A model generated the notes under the pieces. The model worked only from the letters and a program-made list of their open reading frames with translations. It did not search any database and was not told the origin of the DNA. DNA of 64,000 nt from Spirochaetia bacterium (lineage in GTDB: Bacteria; Spirochaetota; Spirochaetia; WTKD01; G963693115): contig CBDDCA010000005.1 of assembly GCA_965226055.1 (NCBI GenBank), positions 160,001 through 224,000 of the forward strand, given 5' to 3'. Both the position numbers and the translations under genes were made by a program. Shown here piece after piece: positions 1 through 10,798 of this stretch; the first letter of the stretch is position 1; the number at the start of each line of letters is the position of its first letter.

Positions 1-1
1 A

Positions 2-616
2 GCTATCAACACACAACCTGTTATAAATATATATGACTATTACTCTATTTTACAATCTATCAAAGATCAAGTTGCACGATTTGATATGCAAACCCCTGAT
101 GGCACACAATACCATGTAGACATTGAACTAGAATCAAACCCAGTAAAAGAACTAGGCATATACTTTCCACAATATAAAATAGCCATGACCTTTAGCTCAT
201 TTATACAAACCACCAGTACCTATATTATAGAAGTAATGAGGGCAACCTTTGGCATTCTTATTAAACTATTTACATTTAATACAAGTGAAATAACACAAAA
301 TGCAGCAGGACCTATACGGCTTATGTCTATTATAGGTTCAATAACAGCTAATAATATTTCTACTGGAGGAATAATAGAAGCAATATTAGGAGTTATTCGT
401 ATTACCGCCCTCATTTCACTTGGAATTGGTATTTTTAACCTGCTCCCTATTCCTGTACTAGATGGAGGACACATATTCTTTCATAGTATTTTTGCCATAC
501 TAAGAAAAATACCGAGCTACAGATCAGTATCTTTTTTTAATACCTTTGGTGTTATCATACTACTTACTTTATTTATTCTTGTTGCAATTAAGGATATAAG
601 TTTTTTGATACAATAA
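2..616 (+). CDS. rseP: RIP/site-2 metalloprotease RseP, 5'-partial
   Basis: Frame is open from base 2; contains AGPI and NLLPIPVLDGGH M50 motifs and C-terminal TM segments. Confidence 0.9.
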   Translation, partial: AINTQPVINIYDYYSILQSIKDQVARFDMQTPDGTQYHVDIELESNPVKELGIYFPQYKIAMTFSSFIQTTSTYIIEVMRATFGILIKLFTFNTSEITQNAAGPIRLMSIIGSITANNISTGGIIEAILGVIRITALISLGIGIFNLLPIPVLDGGHIFFHSIFAILRKIPSYRSVSFFNTFGVIILLTLFILVAIKDISFLIQ

Positions 617-622
617 TAGTAT

Positions 623-2965
623 ATGCAGTATACCCCCATGTTGCATACAACAACACGTAAACAACTCCTTTTATGGCTATGTACCATTTTCTTTCTATTT
701 TTAGGTAATAGGCATCATGCAGTATCTCAAGAATCTATTTCCCGTACCCCCTCCATAGAAGCCACACATGAATCAAAAATACTCCTTATTGCACAACATA
801 AACAGCATATATATTCTCTCGACAATTATTCTTTACTGAAAATACAAGAAAAAACAACCACTCACTCAGAACAAGATAATATTCAAACAATTTTCATAGG
901 GAGAGAACAACTAAAAAGAGCATACTTTCGTTATCCATTTATTATAACAGAAACAGTACAAAACTCCCTTGTATTCTATAATATTATAGAACAAAAAAAT
1001 CTCTACACATTTCCAAGCGATGGACACAGCTTTGCTCTCTCAAATGACAGTACACTGTTTGCTTTTAGTTATAGATCGCATATAGTTATTATTAACCTCG
1101 TTGAAAGAACCATACTCAACAGTATTCCATTTAACACATCTACTCCTCCATTATTTATGACTATCGCATCTAACAACAAAAATATTATGGTATATTACTC
1201 AGATGGCACGATAGAGTATTTACAAATCAGTACCGCAAAAATCTTACAGAAAGCAAAAAATAATAACAAACTCCTTGCTCTTACATTAAACACAAGCCGT
1301 AGGTATATCATTGGTCATAATGACACTAACCTCTTAAGTATTGATGCAGTAAACGGAAATACTATCAGCAATTACTTCTTTACTGATACTATACAACAAA
1401 TACAAATAAGTCAATCGACTAATACTGTATTAGTAGTAAGTAAAAACTCTCAGGCCACACAGACAATTTCTTTTTATACCATCTTAAAAAATGGAAGACT
1501 CGTCCTAGATGATAATTTTCAAATATCAGGATTAAAAAAAATAAGTACTATTTCAGAAGTAGATGAAACTACTGTGTTTATTGGAAAAGCCGATGGCTCT
1601 ATACTTTCCTACAATAGAACAGATAGTATTTTTTCTTTATTATACCCTAACACTACACAAGCAATATACGACGCAAGCATATTTAATGCTTCTCTTGTTA
1701 TTGCAAAATCAGATAGCCTTATACACCTTCCTTTAGACAACATTATCACCACACAAAATACACAAAACTACAGTAATACAAAAGAAACACATAGCATCTA
1801 CCGTGAAATAGAGTATACTCCTACTATACTGCTACAATATGAAAACCCACGTTTTATCCGTCCGCATACCCTTACAGAATATTCCAAAAACTCCATGTAT
1901 ATTCTTTCACAAAATCCACTCAATCCATTATTATATACATTTAATAAAGAGTTTGCACTCATCAAAGCCGATACCTTACAGTTTATTCCCGATCTAGTAT
2001 TTATTCCGCAAAATGACTATATACTCTACTATCAAGAACAAAGTGCCTTTTTAGTATCACGTACCCATACTAATGAAACTAATGTTATCTTAGACACAAA
2101 CCAGCTTATATATAGCTTACAATATCCTATGTATACAAAAGAAGCCTCATATGCCAACCCTGTGTTATGGCTTAATACTCCTATCAATCAGAGAAAAAGT
2201 GCAAATACAGTTAGCACAGATTTACAATTATGGGCATATTCTCTCAAAAATATACAACAGCTTTCTCCTTCTTCGTCTGTTACAAGCAATACAAATAATA
2301 GTAACAACAATACTATTATATCTCAAAACAACCCTACCAATACAATAAGTAACAACATACAAACAGACATAGATCCTCAAACTATACAGTTTCCTTTTAA
2401 CTCAAAAGAGATAATATACATTCAAGCTATACATACTTCTCCTAACAACAGTTTTTTTCTTATCAATAAAACCCCATCATACAATAGAAGCGAGCAAGCA
2501 GATACCATAACAAACAATACATTTCAATTTTCGTATCAAAATTTCTCTCTATCGCCATCAAGGTATACTGTACATGTAGCGACAAAAAAACATACACAAC
2601 AAAATAACAGCGATATCAATGCACTGTTTTCTCTTATCAATACCCCTCTCGCTACTATCGATCATGATGATATAGTATATGTGCTTCCATATGGAGACTC
2701 TCATGAATCACTGCTTTTGTTTACAAAAAACTACATACAAATCATTACCGTAGATATTACTACATTAAGCCTTTCTTTCGATACACGCATGAAATACCCT
2801 GATAATTTCAGTATCCTTCGCAATGTAGGAGTATACGACAATTATATTGTGATGGTAGACACACACAACACACTCATAATGCTTGAAATACAAAATAATA
2901 CTATCCAGAACAGAGCAAAGCTATTTCTGAGTGAACGCACAATACATATACAAGAACACATGTAA
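623..2965 (+). CDS. Secreted WD40-like/beta-propeller hypothetical protein
   Basis: N-terminal hydrophobic signal; repeated short beta-strand units (FALSNDSTLFAF, MTIASNNKNIMV); Asn-rich linker. Confidence 0.55.
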   Translation: MQYTPMLHTTTRKQLLLWLCTIFFLFLGNRHHAVSQESISRTPSIEATHESKILLIAQHKQHIYSLDNYSLLKIQEKTTTHSEQDNIQTIFIGREQLKRAYFRYPFIITETVQNSLVFYNIIEQKNLYTFPSDGHSFALSNDSTLFAFSYRSHIVIINLVERTILNSIPFNTSTPPLFMTIASNNKNIMVYYSDGTIEYLQISTAKILQKAKNNNKLLALTLNTSRRYIIGHNDTNLLSIDAVNGNTISNYFFTDTIQQIQISQSTNTVLVVSKNSQATQTISFYTILKNGRLVLDDNFQISGLKKISTISEVDETTVFIGKADGSILSYNRTDSIFSLLYPNTTQAIYDASIFNASLVIAKSDSLIHLPLDNIITTQNTQNYSNTKETHSIYREIEYTPTILLQYENPRFIRPHTLTEYSKNSMYILSQNPLNPLLYTFNKEFALIKADTLQFIPDLVFIPQNDYILYYQEQSAFLVSRTHTNETNVILDTNQLIYSLQYPMYTKEASYANPVLWLNTPINQRKSANTVSTDLQLWAYSLKNIQQLSPSSSVTSNTNNSNNNTIISQNNPTNTISNNIQTDIDPQTIQFPFNSKEIIYIQAIHTSPNNSFFLINKTPSYNRSEQADTITNNTFQFSYQNFSLSPSRYTVHVATKKHTQQNNSDINALFSLINTPLATIDHDDIVYVLPYGDSHESLLLFTKNYIQIITVDITTLSLSFDTRMKYPDNFSILRNVGVYDNYIVMVDTHNTLIMLEIQNNTIQNRAKLFLSERTIHIQEHM

Positions 2966-3014
2966 TATATTACTACTCCCCTATACTTGTACTATACTTG
3001 TGTGCGTGATGATG

Positions 3015-4394
3015 CTATTCAAAACTTCCAAATTTTCGCTTATCCACTTGATTAGTAGTCTCTACGGCTTGATTAGTGGCTAACTCCTTAAAAGTAAAGT
3101 TAGAAAAATTATACATAACAGAACCAGTCGGACCATTTCGTTGTTTTGCTATAATAAGTTTTATGAGACTAGGGTTATTGTCTTCTGCTTTATGAAGAAA
3201 AAGAACAACATCAGCGTCTTGTTCAATAGCTCCCGATTCTCTAATATTTGCTAAACTAGGATTTTTTCCTTCTCCTTCACGATTTAACTGAGAGAGAACA
3301 ACGATAGGAATATCTAACTCTCCTGCTAATACTTTAAGAGAACGAGAAATTTCAGCAAACTGTTCATGTTTAGGCAATACATATCTCCCTTGCCCATCAT
3401 CATTAAAACGGTGATAATAATTCAACAAGCCAAGATAATCAATAAAAATAACTTTCACTCCTTCCTTATGCACTAATCTTCGTGCTTGCACCTTTAAGTC
3501 AAATAAGCTGAGAGATTTTATGTCCGATATAAACAGTTGTGCTTGAGAATATTGTATGACAACTTTCTGAATTCTTTGCAGTTCAACATCGGATAACATA
3601 TTTTGTCGTATTTTTTCATTATCTATCCCTGTCAGCTGACATACAAGACGAGACACAATTTCTCTCCCTTGCATTTCCATAGAAAAATACCCTACAGGAA
3701 TATTCTGTTCAAACGCTATACTCTGTACCATATTCAAAGAAAAAGCTGTTTTTCCCACTGACGGCCTCGCTCCAAGAATAATAAGCTCTCCATCCTGTAG
3801 CCCTGATAAAATTTTATCTAACTTTAGAAATTTTGTCTCTATTCCCGAATATGTTCCTTGTGGCTCTTCCGATCTCCTCTGAACAACAGAATAAAACTCA
3901 GAAAGATAATGTTCCACATCATGATACATTTTACTCTGTACCCTATCGGTAACATCAAAAATATTTTTCTCACATTCCTCTATAACACCTAAAATTTCCT
4001 TTGATTCATCCTGAGCCCACCCCAGCATTTCCCCTGAAAATCGTATAAGTCTTCTACGCTGGTTTTTCTGAATTATTATCTGTGCATAGTATCCAATAGC
4101 ACTCTCTCCTACTATCCCTTTCTCTAACAACGATGAGATATACGCAGTGCCACCTGCTAACTGTAGCTTATTTTCTGCCATTAAAAAATCTGATATAGAA
4201 ACAATATCTACAGGATTACCTGTATCCCATAGCTGTATTATTGCAGAAAATAACAAACGGTGGCGTTCAAAATAAAAGTCTTCTTTGGCGGGCTTATTAT
4301 CTAATTCTGAAAATAAACTCGCATTATTTAAGAGAACACCAAGAAAGGATTGCTCAGCATCCTCATTATAGGGTAATGCAGTATTTGACTCCAT
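3015..4394 (-). CDS. dnaB: Replicative DNA helicase
   Basis: N-terminal AEQSFLG, Walker A GARPSVGKT, IDYLGL, LSQLNR, RESGAIEQDAD, AKQRNGPTG. Confidence 0.98.
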   Translation of the reverse strand: MESNTALPYNEDAEQSFLGVLLNNASLFSELDNKPAKEDFYFERHRLLFSAIIQLWDTGNPVDIVSISDFLMAENKLQLAGGTAYISSLLEKGIVGESAIGYYAQIIIQKNQRRRLIRFSGEMLGWAQDESKEILGVIEECEKNIFDVTDRVQSKMYHDVEHYLSEFYSVVQRRSEEPQGTYSGIETKFLKLDKILSGLQDGELIILGARPSVGKTAFSLNMVQSIAFEQNIPVGYFSMEMQGREIVSRLVCQLTGIDNEKIRQNMLSDVELQRIQKVVIQYSQAQLFISDIKSLSLFDLKVQARRLVHKEGVKVIFIDYLGLLNYYHRFNDDGQGRYVLPKHEQFAEISRSLKVLAGELDIPIVVLSQLNREGEGKNPSLANIRESGAIEQDADVVLFLHKAEDNNPSLIKLIIAKQRNGPTGSVMYNFSNFTFKELATNQAVETTNQVDKRKFGSFE

Positions 4395-4433
4395 CTATAC
4401 TATCTGTATATCTCCACCTATGAAAAGGCAAAA

Positions 4434-5057
4434 CTAAACAGTACTGCTCTCAGTATCTTGTTGTACACTGCTCTCTGATGAAGATGAAGAAGCGTTTGAA
4501 TCTGACTGTACATTGTCAGATGATGCACTATCAGCTATAGTATCGGAAATATCAGACACACTATCATGAGTAGCAGGCTCTTCTTTATCATGAGACAGGA
4601 CATTTGGATAATTTTCGGACATTATATCAATAGAAAATGTTGCACTCACATTTTGGCTAAACTTAGCAATAAGCTCATATACCCCTACCGACTTTATCGT
4701 GTGTTCAGGCACTAATAATTGTCGCTTATCTATTTCAATTCCTTCTTTTACAAGTGCATCTAACACTATAGCCTGATTGATAGCTCCATACAAATGCCCT
4801 TTATCATTTGTCTTAATAACTATAGCAAAAGTCTTTCCTTCTATGCGTTCTTTTAGGCTCATCTGCTGTAGACGCTTTTCTTCTTTTCTTTTCTGTATCG
4901 CTTTTTGCCTACTCTTAAGCACAGAAACATTTTGATTACTATGCTCTACCCCTTTTCTACTAGGAATAAGATAATTACGTGCATACCCATTTGCAATATC
5001 CACTATATCGCCTTCTTCTCCTAATCCATGAACATCTTTTGTTAATATAACTTTCAT
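4434..5057 (-). CDS. rplI: 50S ribosomal protein L9 with acidic Ser-rich C-terminal tail
   Basis: MKVILTKDVHGLG...GYARNYLIP signature. Confidence 0.97.
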   Translation of the reverse strand: MKVILTKDVHGLGEEGDIVDIANGYARNYLIPSRKGVEHSNQNVSVLKSRQKAIQKRKEEKRLQQMSLKERIEGKTFAIVIKTNDKGHLYGAINQAIVLDALVKEGIEIDKRQLLVPEHTIKSVGVYELIAKFSQNVSATFSIDIMSENYPNVLSHDKEEPATHDSVSDISDTIADSASSDNVQSDSNASSSSSESSVQQDTESSTV

Positions 5058-5066
5058 ATAAAGCTC

Positions 5067-6077
5067 CTAATTTTTTCTTTTTTTTAATTGTTCAATATGT
5101 ACTAAATCTTGTAAAATTCCAGAAAAAAGCAGTATATATACTACTATCTGACCTACTATCGGTATAAATACTATAGCACACATTGCAATAAAATACAAAT
5201 CCTTTCTTACAAGAATCTTATACATAAACAGAGAATGCAATACTACAAGACCTCGTATAATATAGAGAAACAATACCACAAACAAAAAGTTACCAAAAAA
5301 TAATGCCATAACAGAAAGCACTATACTACTTGATCCTTGCCATGTAGGAACAACAAAACTATTGATGATCCACAAAGCTCCCCCAATAACTAAAAATGTT
5401 CTCGAAACAAAGTCTCTTTTTATTTTCTCAAACAAATAGGTAAAATAATTATTTGGATGAGCAGTGTAGCGTTTACTGAGAATTGATATTGCAATAAACC
5501 AGTTACTTAAAAACCATATTATCATACTTACCCATGCAAGATTGTTTCTAAAAAAGGAAAATATTTGCTCATAAAATATCTGTATCTGCTCACTATCTGT
5601 TTGAAATATAGCAGCCAGATCTGAAAAAATAGTAGTGTTTTTCACCATACTTTCCATATACGAAAGTACGGGAATAATACAAAAAAATACCACCATAGTA
5701 CTCATAGGTAAGCGAAATTGCCATACTATCTTACTGCTATTTGCATACAGTAAAAGCATAACAAACCATGAGCTTATAAATAAAAACTGATTGATAAACT
5801 GCATAACATCATACTGTACAGAAGATGTGTTTCCATTAAGATTACTATTGGCTGTTATTGAGTACCAAAAAATAACTTCACTTATGAGCAAAATAGCCAC
5901 AGAAAACAAAAAAGAATACAATAAGCATTTCTTAAAAAATACAGCACTATACCGATAATAGACGTATATCAATGGTACCATAAAAAAGAACATAAGGATA
6001 CTTATGTTCAATAATATTGCACTCAAAAAAGCAAATAGAACTACTTTCTTTTGTTGATTCTTTTGTATAGCATTCAT
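5067..6077 (-). CDS. DUF2232/YybS-like membrane protein
   Basis: Polytopic hydrophobic protein located between rpsR and rplI, the usual DUF2232 position. Confidence 0.6.
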   Translation of the reverse strand: MNAIQKNQQKKVVLFAFLSAILLNISILMFFFMVPLIYVYYRYSAVFFKKCLLYSFLFSVAILLISEVIFWYSITANSNLNGNTSSVQYDVMQFINQFLFISSWFVMLLLYANSSKIVWQFRLPMSTMVVFFCIIPVLSYMESMVKNTTIFSDLAAIFQTDSEQIQIFYEQIFSFFRNNLAWVSMIIWFLSNWFIAISILSKRYTAHPNNYFTYLFEKIKRDFVSRTFLVIGGALWIINSFVVPTWQGSSSIVLSVMALFFGNFLFVVLFLYIIRGLVVLHSLFMYKILVRKDLYFIAMCAIVFIPIVGQIVVYILLFSGILQDLVHIEQLKKRKN

Positions 6078-6203
6078 ACAATGCTGCCTCTTTTATATCT
6101 TGTAGTTACCTTAATGCCATACATAATACATATGTATTGAAAACAATATCATAAAGCAATGTAAGGCGTTTACTTATAATACCCTAAAAATACAGAGTAT
6201 ATA

Positions 6204-6761
6204 CTATGCTGAAGGAAGAAGCCCAATATGTCGTGCTCGTTTAATTTCTCTGATAAGCCTTCGTTGATTTTTTGATGAAGTACCAGTAAAGGATGTAGAG
6301 AGTATTTTTCCTTCTTCAGTGATAAAATCTTTTAGTATATGAGGCTTCTTATAATCAATATCGAGCTTTTTAGTTGCAATTTTATCGTATTTACGAAATT
6401 TCTTAAAACGAGGGTCTCTATCTTTTGCAAATTCATTTCTTTTGTCATTAAACCGATGAGGACGATACCCTCCTTCTTTTCTAAAAGAAGATTGCTGTCC
6501 ACTTTCTGACGATCTTGCATACCTATTATTTCTGTCTACAGGGGAAGATTCTTTATTATATGAAGTATTGCTCTGTGTATCAGTAGTACCACTTGTAGAA
6601 AATTCTGTTGTAGCTGCTCCATCCGATTCAGTGCTTGCTTGAGTTTGCATTCCCTGTTGTGTTGTTTCTGCTCCTCCAGTTACTTGATGCTCTACTGTAT
6701 CATTAGCATGTGTAGATACTTGCGTACTTGTATTGTGTTCTTCTCTGGTATCATTATCCAT
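6204..6761 (-). CDS. rpsR: 30S ribosomal protein S18 with long N-terminal extension
   Basis: [16 protein letters not shown]...TG...[16 protein letters not shown] core; GAGGTG RBS 5 nt before ATG 6761. Confidence 0.93.
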   Translation of the reverse strand: MDNDTREEHNTSTQVSTHANDTVEHQVTGGAETTQQGMQTQASTESDGAATTEFSTSGTTDTQSNTSYNKESSPVDRNNRYARSSESGQQSSFRKEGGYRPHRFNDKRNEFAKDRDPRFKKFRKYDKIATKKLDIDYKKPHILKDFITEEGKILSTSFTGTSSKNQRRLIREIKRARHIGLLPSA

Positions 6762-6848
6762 AATTTCACCTCTTTTTATTATTTATGCTGATCTTTTTAC
6801 TGTTTTTTTATATTGTTCTTTTTTGTTATCCGTTTATTCTCACTATTA

Positions 6849-7301
6849 TTAAAAAGGAATATCATCTTCAAAATTATCTCCTCCACTATCAGAATACCCT
6901 TGCTGTTGATTGGGAGTATATCCCCCTCCTCCCATAGTGGTGGCAGTACCTGTAGGAACTCCTGTATTTCCATTTCGACTCCCTAAAAGCTGTACATTAT
7001 TTGCTATGATTATTACACGACTACGCTTTTGTCCTTCTTGCTCCCATCTATTCTGTCGTAGCTCACCATCCACTGCTATCTGTGTTCCTTTTGTGAGATA
7101 CTGCTGTAATGCTTCTCCTAATCTCCCAAAAAGAGTAACATCAAAATAACTCACTTCATCATTCCATGTGCCATCCTGACTCTTTGCTCTCCGATTTACT
7201 GCTAAGGAAATATTACATACAGTAGTATTAGGAATAGATCGTACCTCACAATCTCTTGTAAGCCTTCCTACTATTGTTATATTATTAATGTCTGCTGCCA
7301 T
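6849..7301 (-). CDS. ssb: Single-stranded DNA-binding protein
   Basis: N..IVGRLTRD OB-fold start; C-terminal DDIPF. Confidence 0.98.
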   Translation of the reverse strand: MAADINNITIVGRLTRDCEVRSIPNTTVCNISLAVNRRAKSQDGTWNDEVSYFDVTLFGRLGEALQQYLTKGTQIAVDGELRQNRWEQEGQKRSRVIIIANNVQLLGSRNGNTGVPTGTATTMGGGGYTPNQQQGYSDSGGDNFEDDIPF

Positions 7302-7330
7302 TCTTATAATCTCTCTATTATGTTTACGTA

Positions 7331-7618
7331 TTATTTATGAATCACTAATATACGTAATAATTGCTTGACATAAGCTACATTTTTTCTTAAACTATATGCT
7401 TTTTCAGGAGACATAAACGCAATAAAATACAAATAACGTGCATGCGTATGCTTTTTTATCTGAAAAGATAACTCTTTTACTCCTAAATCTTCCTCTTGTT
7501 CAATTTTTCCCTCTAGCTCAGCTATTTTACTTTTTACTTCTTGTAACCCCTCACTAAACTCTTCTACTTGAGGAACAAACACACACATTATCTCGTACTT
7601 TCTCATATATGCTACCAA
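7331..7618 (-). CDS. rpsF: 30S ribosomal protein S6 (start TTG 7618 or ATG 7606)
   Basis: MRKYEIM, G.KELSF.IKK, LLR motifs; first gene of rpsF-ssb-rpsR. Confidence 0.93.
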   Translation of the reverse strand: MVAYMRKYEIMCVFVPQVEEFSEGLQEVKSKIAELEGKIEQEEDLGVKELSFQIKKHTHARYLYFIAFMSPEKAYSLRKNVAYVKQLLRILVIHK

Positions 7619-7644
7619 TACTCCTTACATTGTACTTACTTATT

Positions 7645-7673
7645 AGTGTACTACTACTGCCCTAACTTGTCAA
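7645..7673 (-). promoter_or_regulatory. Sigma70-type promoter of the rpsF operon
   Basis: TTGACA (7673-7668), 17 bp, TACACT (7650-7645). Confidence 0.75.
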
Positions 7674-7712
7674 TAGTATATTGAGGTTCGTGAAAAATTC
7701 TCATATAACACA

Positions 7713-8939
7713 TTACCAACGAAATGCAGTTTCTAAGGCAAACCCAGGAGTTGTTCGTTCACGAATATTTCCTCCTGATTCCTGTGTGTATATAGTAAAA
7801 GCAATATCGACATACCATATATCAAAGCCCATCCCAAATGTAGGACCTCCCTTATTAGCTCCTACTTGCATGGTAATAAATGGCTTTAATATTTCAAACT
7901 CTACGCCTGTATGAATACGGCTTACAAAATCTGGCTTCCTACTCGATTCAAGATACGAAAGATAAAAAGGGTCGGTAAACTGTAAATAGACAGTAACATC
8001 AAAATACTGCTCCAACCATATAAGATTAGCAGCGGTCATGTTATATGCAATTCCCAAATTTACATAGAGAGGCAATACATAATAATCACTGGGGCTTTTA
8101 GTAGTAGCTTTTCCTGAAAAATAGTCCGCTGTTTTCGCTTCTGTATATACAATAGGAGTAAATATATTATGTATATCTGCTCCAAAAGTAACTCCCATCC
8201 ATTCAAGTTGTAATCCTGCATCATGCCCTATAGCAAAGCCATGCAATCCAGTAAATGCATCAAATGCTTGTGCAATATCTCCACTGTTTAAGATAGCAAC
8301 ATTTGCTTCTCCTCCTGATAACTCATTATATGTACGAAACAATGGACGAGCAGTTACTCCTAAACGTAAGAGAATATTAGAAAAATGAAATTGATATGCA
8401 TATCCTGCCATAAACTGTAATTGATCAACTAAAATAGCACGAACACTGTAATAAGAATCAGGAGTATATACATCAGTATTAAAAGAATTTATAATACCAA
8501 AACCGAAACTTCCCCATCGTTTTTGCGATATATACCCACCACTTATTGGAAAGCCTAATGCTATTCCTGTAGTATTGAGTACTTTTAAGCTAGAACTAAA
8601 ATTTTTTTCAAAAAAATTATCAAATACCTTCTTTACATCTCCAGGATACGGTTCTGTCCAGAATGTAAAAGAAAAAGCTGTTATTTCGCTATCCTTTTCA
8701 AAATGCGTAACATATTTTTTTGCTAATCCAGCAGGATTTGTCCAAAGAGAATGGAAACCAGAGGCCTGTGCAGAAAACCCATTTCCCATTCCCATAATGC
8801 GTGGAACTATGGGTAATACATCTTTATGATATACAGTTTTTGCGTATACCGTACCTTGCACAGACAACATACCCACAAACCATACAGAGAATAATAGTAT
8901 ATACTTATATCGACACTGTTCTTTTTTCATGCTAACCAA
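7713..8939 (-). CDS. FadL/TraF-like outer-membrane beta-barrel protein
   Basis: Signal peptide; R.MGMG.GF.A...NPAGL N-terminal motif; amphipathic strands; terminal aromatic beta-signal (ETAFRW). Confidence 0.7.
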   Translation of the reverse strand: MVSMKKEQCRYKYILLFSVWFVGMLSVQGTVYAKTVYHKDVLPIVPRIMGMGNGFSAQASGFHSLWTNPAGLAKKYVTHFEKDSEITAFSFTFWTEPYPGDVKKVFDNFFEKNFSSSLKVLNTTGIALGFPISGGYISQKRWGSFGFGIINSFNTDVYTPDSYYSVRAILVDQLQFMAGYAYQFHFSNILLRLGVTARPLFRTYNELSGGEANVAILNSGDIAQAFDAFTGLHGFAIGHDAGLQLEWMGVTFGADIHNIFTPIVYTEAKTADYFSGKATTKSPSDYYVLPLYVNLGIAYNMTAANLIWLEQYFDVTVYLQFTDPFYLSYLESSRKPDFVSRIHTGVEFEILKPFITMQVGANKGGPTFGMGFDIWYVDIAFTIYTQESGGNIRERTTPGFALETAFRW

Positions 8940-8989
8940 CTAATAATCATATAGCTTACATTATATAGTATTATCTTATCATTAGTATA

Positions 8990-10012
8990 CTATATATCCT
9001 CTATTTCTTCTAGAAGAAATTCTAAGCCACATTCTTTCACTACGTCTTCTATGTTGCTTTTACTTCCCACAAGATTATTGTCATATAAAAACCCTTTATT
9101 AAAAATATAATCTTTCACTTTTAATGTTGGTACAACAGTAAGAGAAGAATCAATATGAACAAAATCCTCTACTTTTAAAATGAAAATATCTTTATATTCT
9201 TTCTCATTTGAAAGATATTTAATCAATGTTTCTTTATAATCATCTTTATATTCTACTGGATCTGTATCTGCTATTTCACATGCCGTTTCTGTTTCCCCTA
9301 CTTTACAAACAGGATCTTTTTTTGTTATTGTTCCAGTATCAGATACCTCTATCACTCTATGAAATCGATACAGAAAATCAAATATACTGGACATTATTGC
9401 TACTTCTGCAAAAGCAAACTTTGTTTCTTCAAAACCACTGTTACTAGACGGAAATTCTTCCCCTTTCTTAAATTCTGCCCCTAATAGATTGAGCATGTTT
9501 TGTAACAAAATGGAATAAGAAACAAAATCACTTACATATTGTTTCCCTTTTCCTTTAATATTTTCATATATAGCATCTGCATACTCATTAAGATCAAAAT
9601 CTTCTCCTGTATCTAATAGAGTTTGGTATAAATCAATAAAAAACACAAAACTTATATCTGCTATTTCCGTTGTCCTAAACAATAACTTGATAACATTGAG
9701 ATAATGTAATACTCTATGTTCTCCTTCACTCTCTTCTCCTTCCTTAGTATAGTATTCAATAAGCTCATTGCGTTTTTTTCCATTATATCTAAGATACCGA
9801 GATACATCTCTGTCATCCAATAAAAAGTAAAATTGAGTGCTGTCTGCTTCATCAATACGTTTATTTATATCTTGTGCTACACGAAATATATTTAGATCAT
9901 AACAAGAGCTGAGGAACAAAAACAAAATGTATACCATGAGTAGATACCATAAGTTTCCTTGAAGAGAAAAAAAATTTTTCTGTTGTCTCATAACATACCA
10001 CTCATTACACAA
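8990..10012 (-). CDS. Hypothetical lipoprotein
   Basis: Hydrophobic stretch ending in lipobox-like LSSC; acidic, mostly helical body. Confidence 0.6.
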   Translation of the reverse strand: MCNEWYVMRQQKNFFSLQGNLWYLLMVYILFLFLSSCYDLNIFRVAQDINKRIDEADSTQFYFLLDDRDVSRYLRYNGKKRNELIEYYTKEGEESEGEHRVLHYLNVIKLLFRTTEIADISFVFFIDLYQTLLDTGEDFDLNEYADAIYENIKGKGKQYVSDFVSYSILLQNMLNLLGAEFKKGEEFPSSNSGFEETKFAFAEVAIMSSIFDFLYRFHRVIEVSDTGTITKKDPVCKVGETETACEIADTDPVEYKDDYKETLIKYLSNEKEYKDIFILKVEDFVHIDSSLTVVPTLKVKDYIFNKGFLYDNNLVGSKSNIEDVVKECGLEFLLEEIEDI

Positions 10013-10041
10013 TACATATATGCCTATTATAGTATAAATTC

Positions 10042-10710
10042 TTAATTTGACAAGAGCTCTACTTGAATTTTCTGTCGGGCTAATCGATTACTTGGATCTA
10101 ATTGTAGTACTTTTCTATATAATGCTATTGCTTCTTCTTTTTCATTCTTTTGTTCTTTTATCGTAGCAAATAGAAGCAGCCACTCTACATTGTTAGGTCT
10201 ATAAGATACTGCTGCTGCCATAGAAATATCAGCCTTGAACAATTTACCTTCTTGTAAGTATATTTGTGCAATATAAAAATATATCAAATCGACTACTTCC
10301 TCATTTGGTCCCTTTCTTAGATACTCAGAAAGATACCGAAGAGACTCTTTGTTTTGTTTTAGTGCATAATATGACTCTGCAATCGCTAATATCAATCGTA
10401 AATCATTAGGAGCATACCGATAGCCTTCTTGTGCTATTTGCAGGGCATTCGCCCACTGTCCTAGTCCAATATACGCAATACTTGCAACAACAAACGCAGA
10501 TATGTTGCTTTTATCTGCCTCAATTAAAAGTAATGCAGCATCAATAGCCTCACGATGACGTCCTTGTTTGTATAATGCATATGGAGGCTCTGTTGGTTCT
10601 TGCTGTGCGTATAAAGGAAATAAGAGCAGTACCCATAAAGATACTGCTACCAGTATTCTTTCTATTCTTCTATGAGCCAAAGTTCCTTGTGTTTTTTTTT
10701 GCATACTCAT
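10042..10710 (-). CDS. Periplasmic tetratricopeptide repeat protein
   Basis: Signal peptide (LYA/QQ) and TPR motifs (EAIALYRKVLQLDPSN). Confidence 0.85.
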   Translation of the reverse strand: MSMQKKTQGTLAHRRIERILVAVSLWVLLLFPLYAQQEPTEPPYALYKQGRHREAIDAALLLIEADKSNISAFVVASIAYIGLGQWANALQIAQEGYRYAPNDLRLILAIAESYYALKQNKESLRYLSEYLRKGPNEEVVDLIYFYIAQIYLQEGKLFKADISMAAAVSYRPNNVEWLLLFATIKEQKNEKEEAIALYRKVLQLDPSNRLARQKIQVELLSN

Positions 10711-10798
10711 CTCTCTATATTATTTTGAAAAAATAACAAACTCTGCCTGCTATTTTTATGTGTATAATCATATTTTTTCCCTTAATTGTTACACAATA

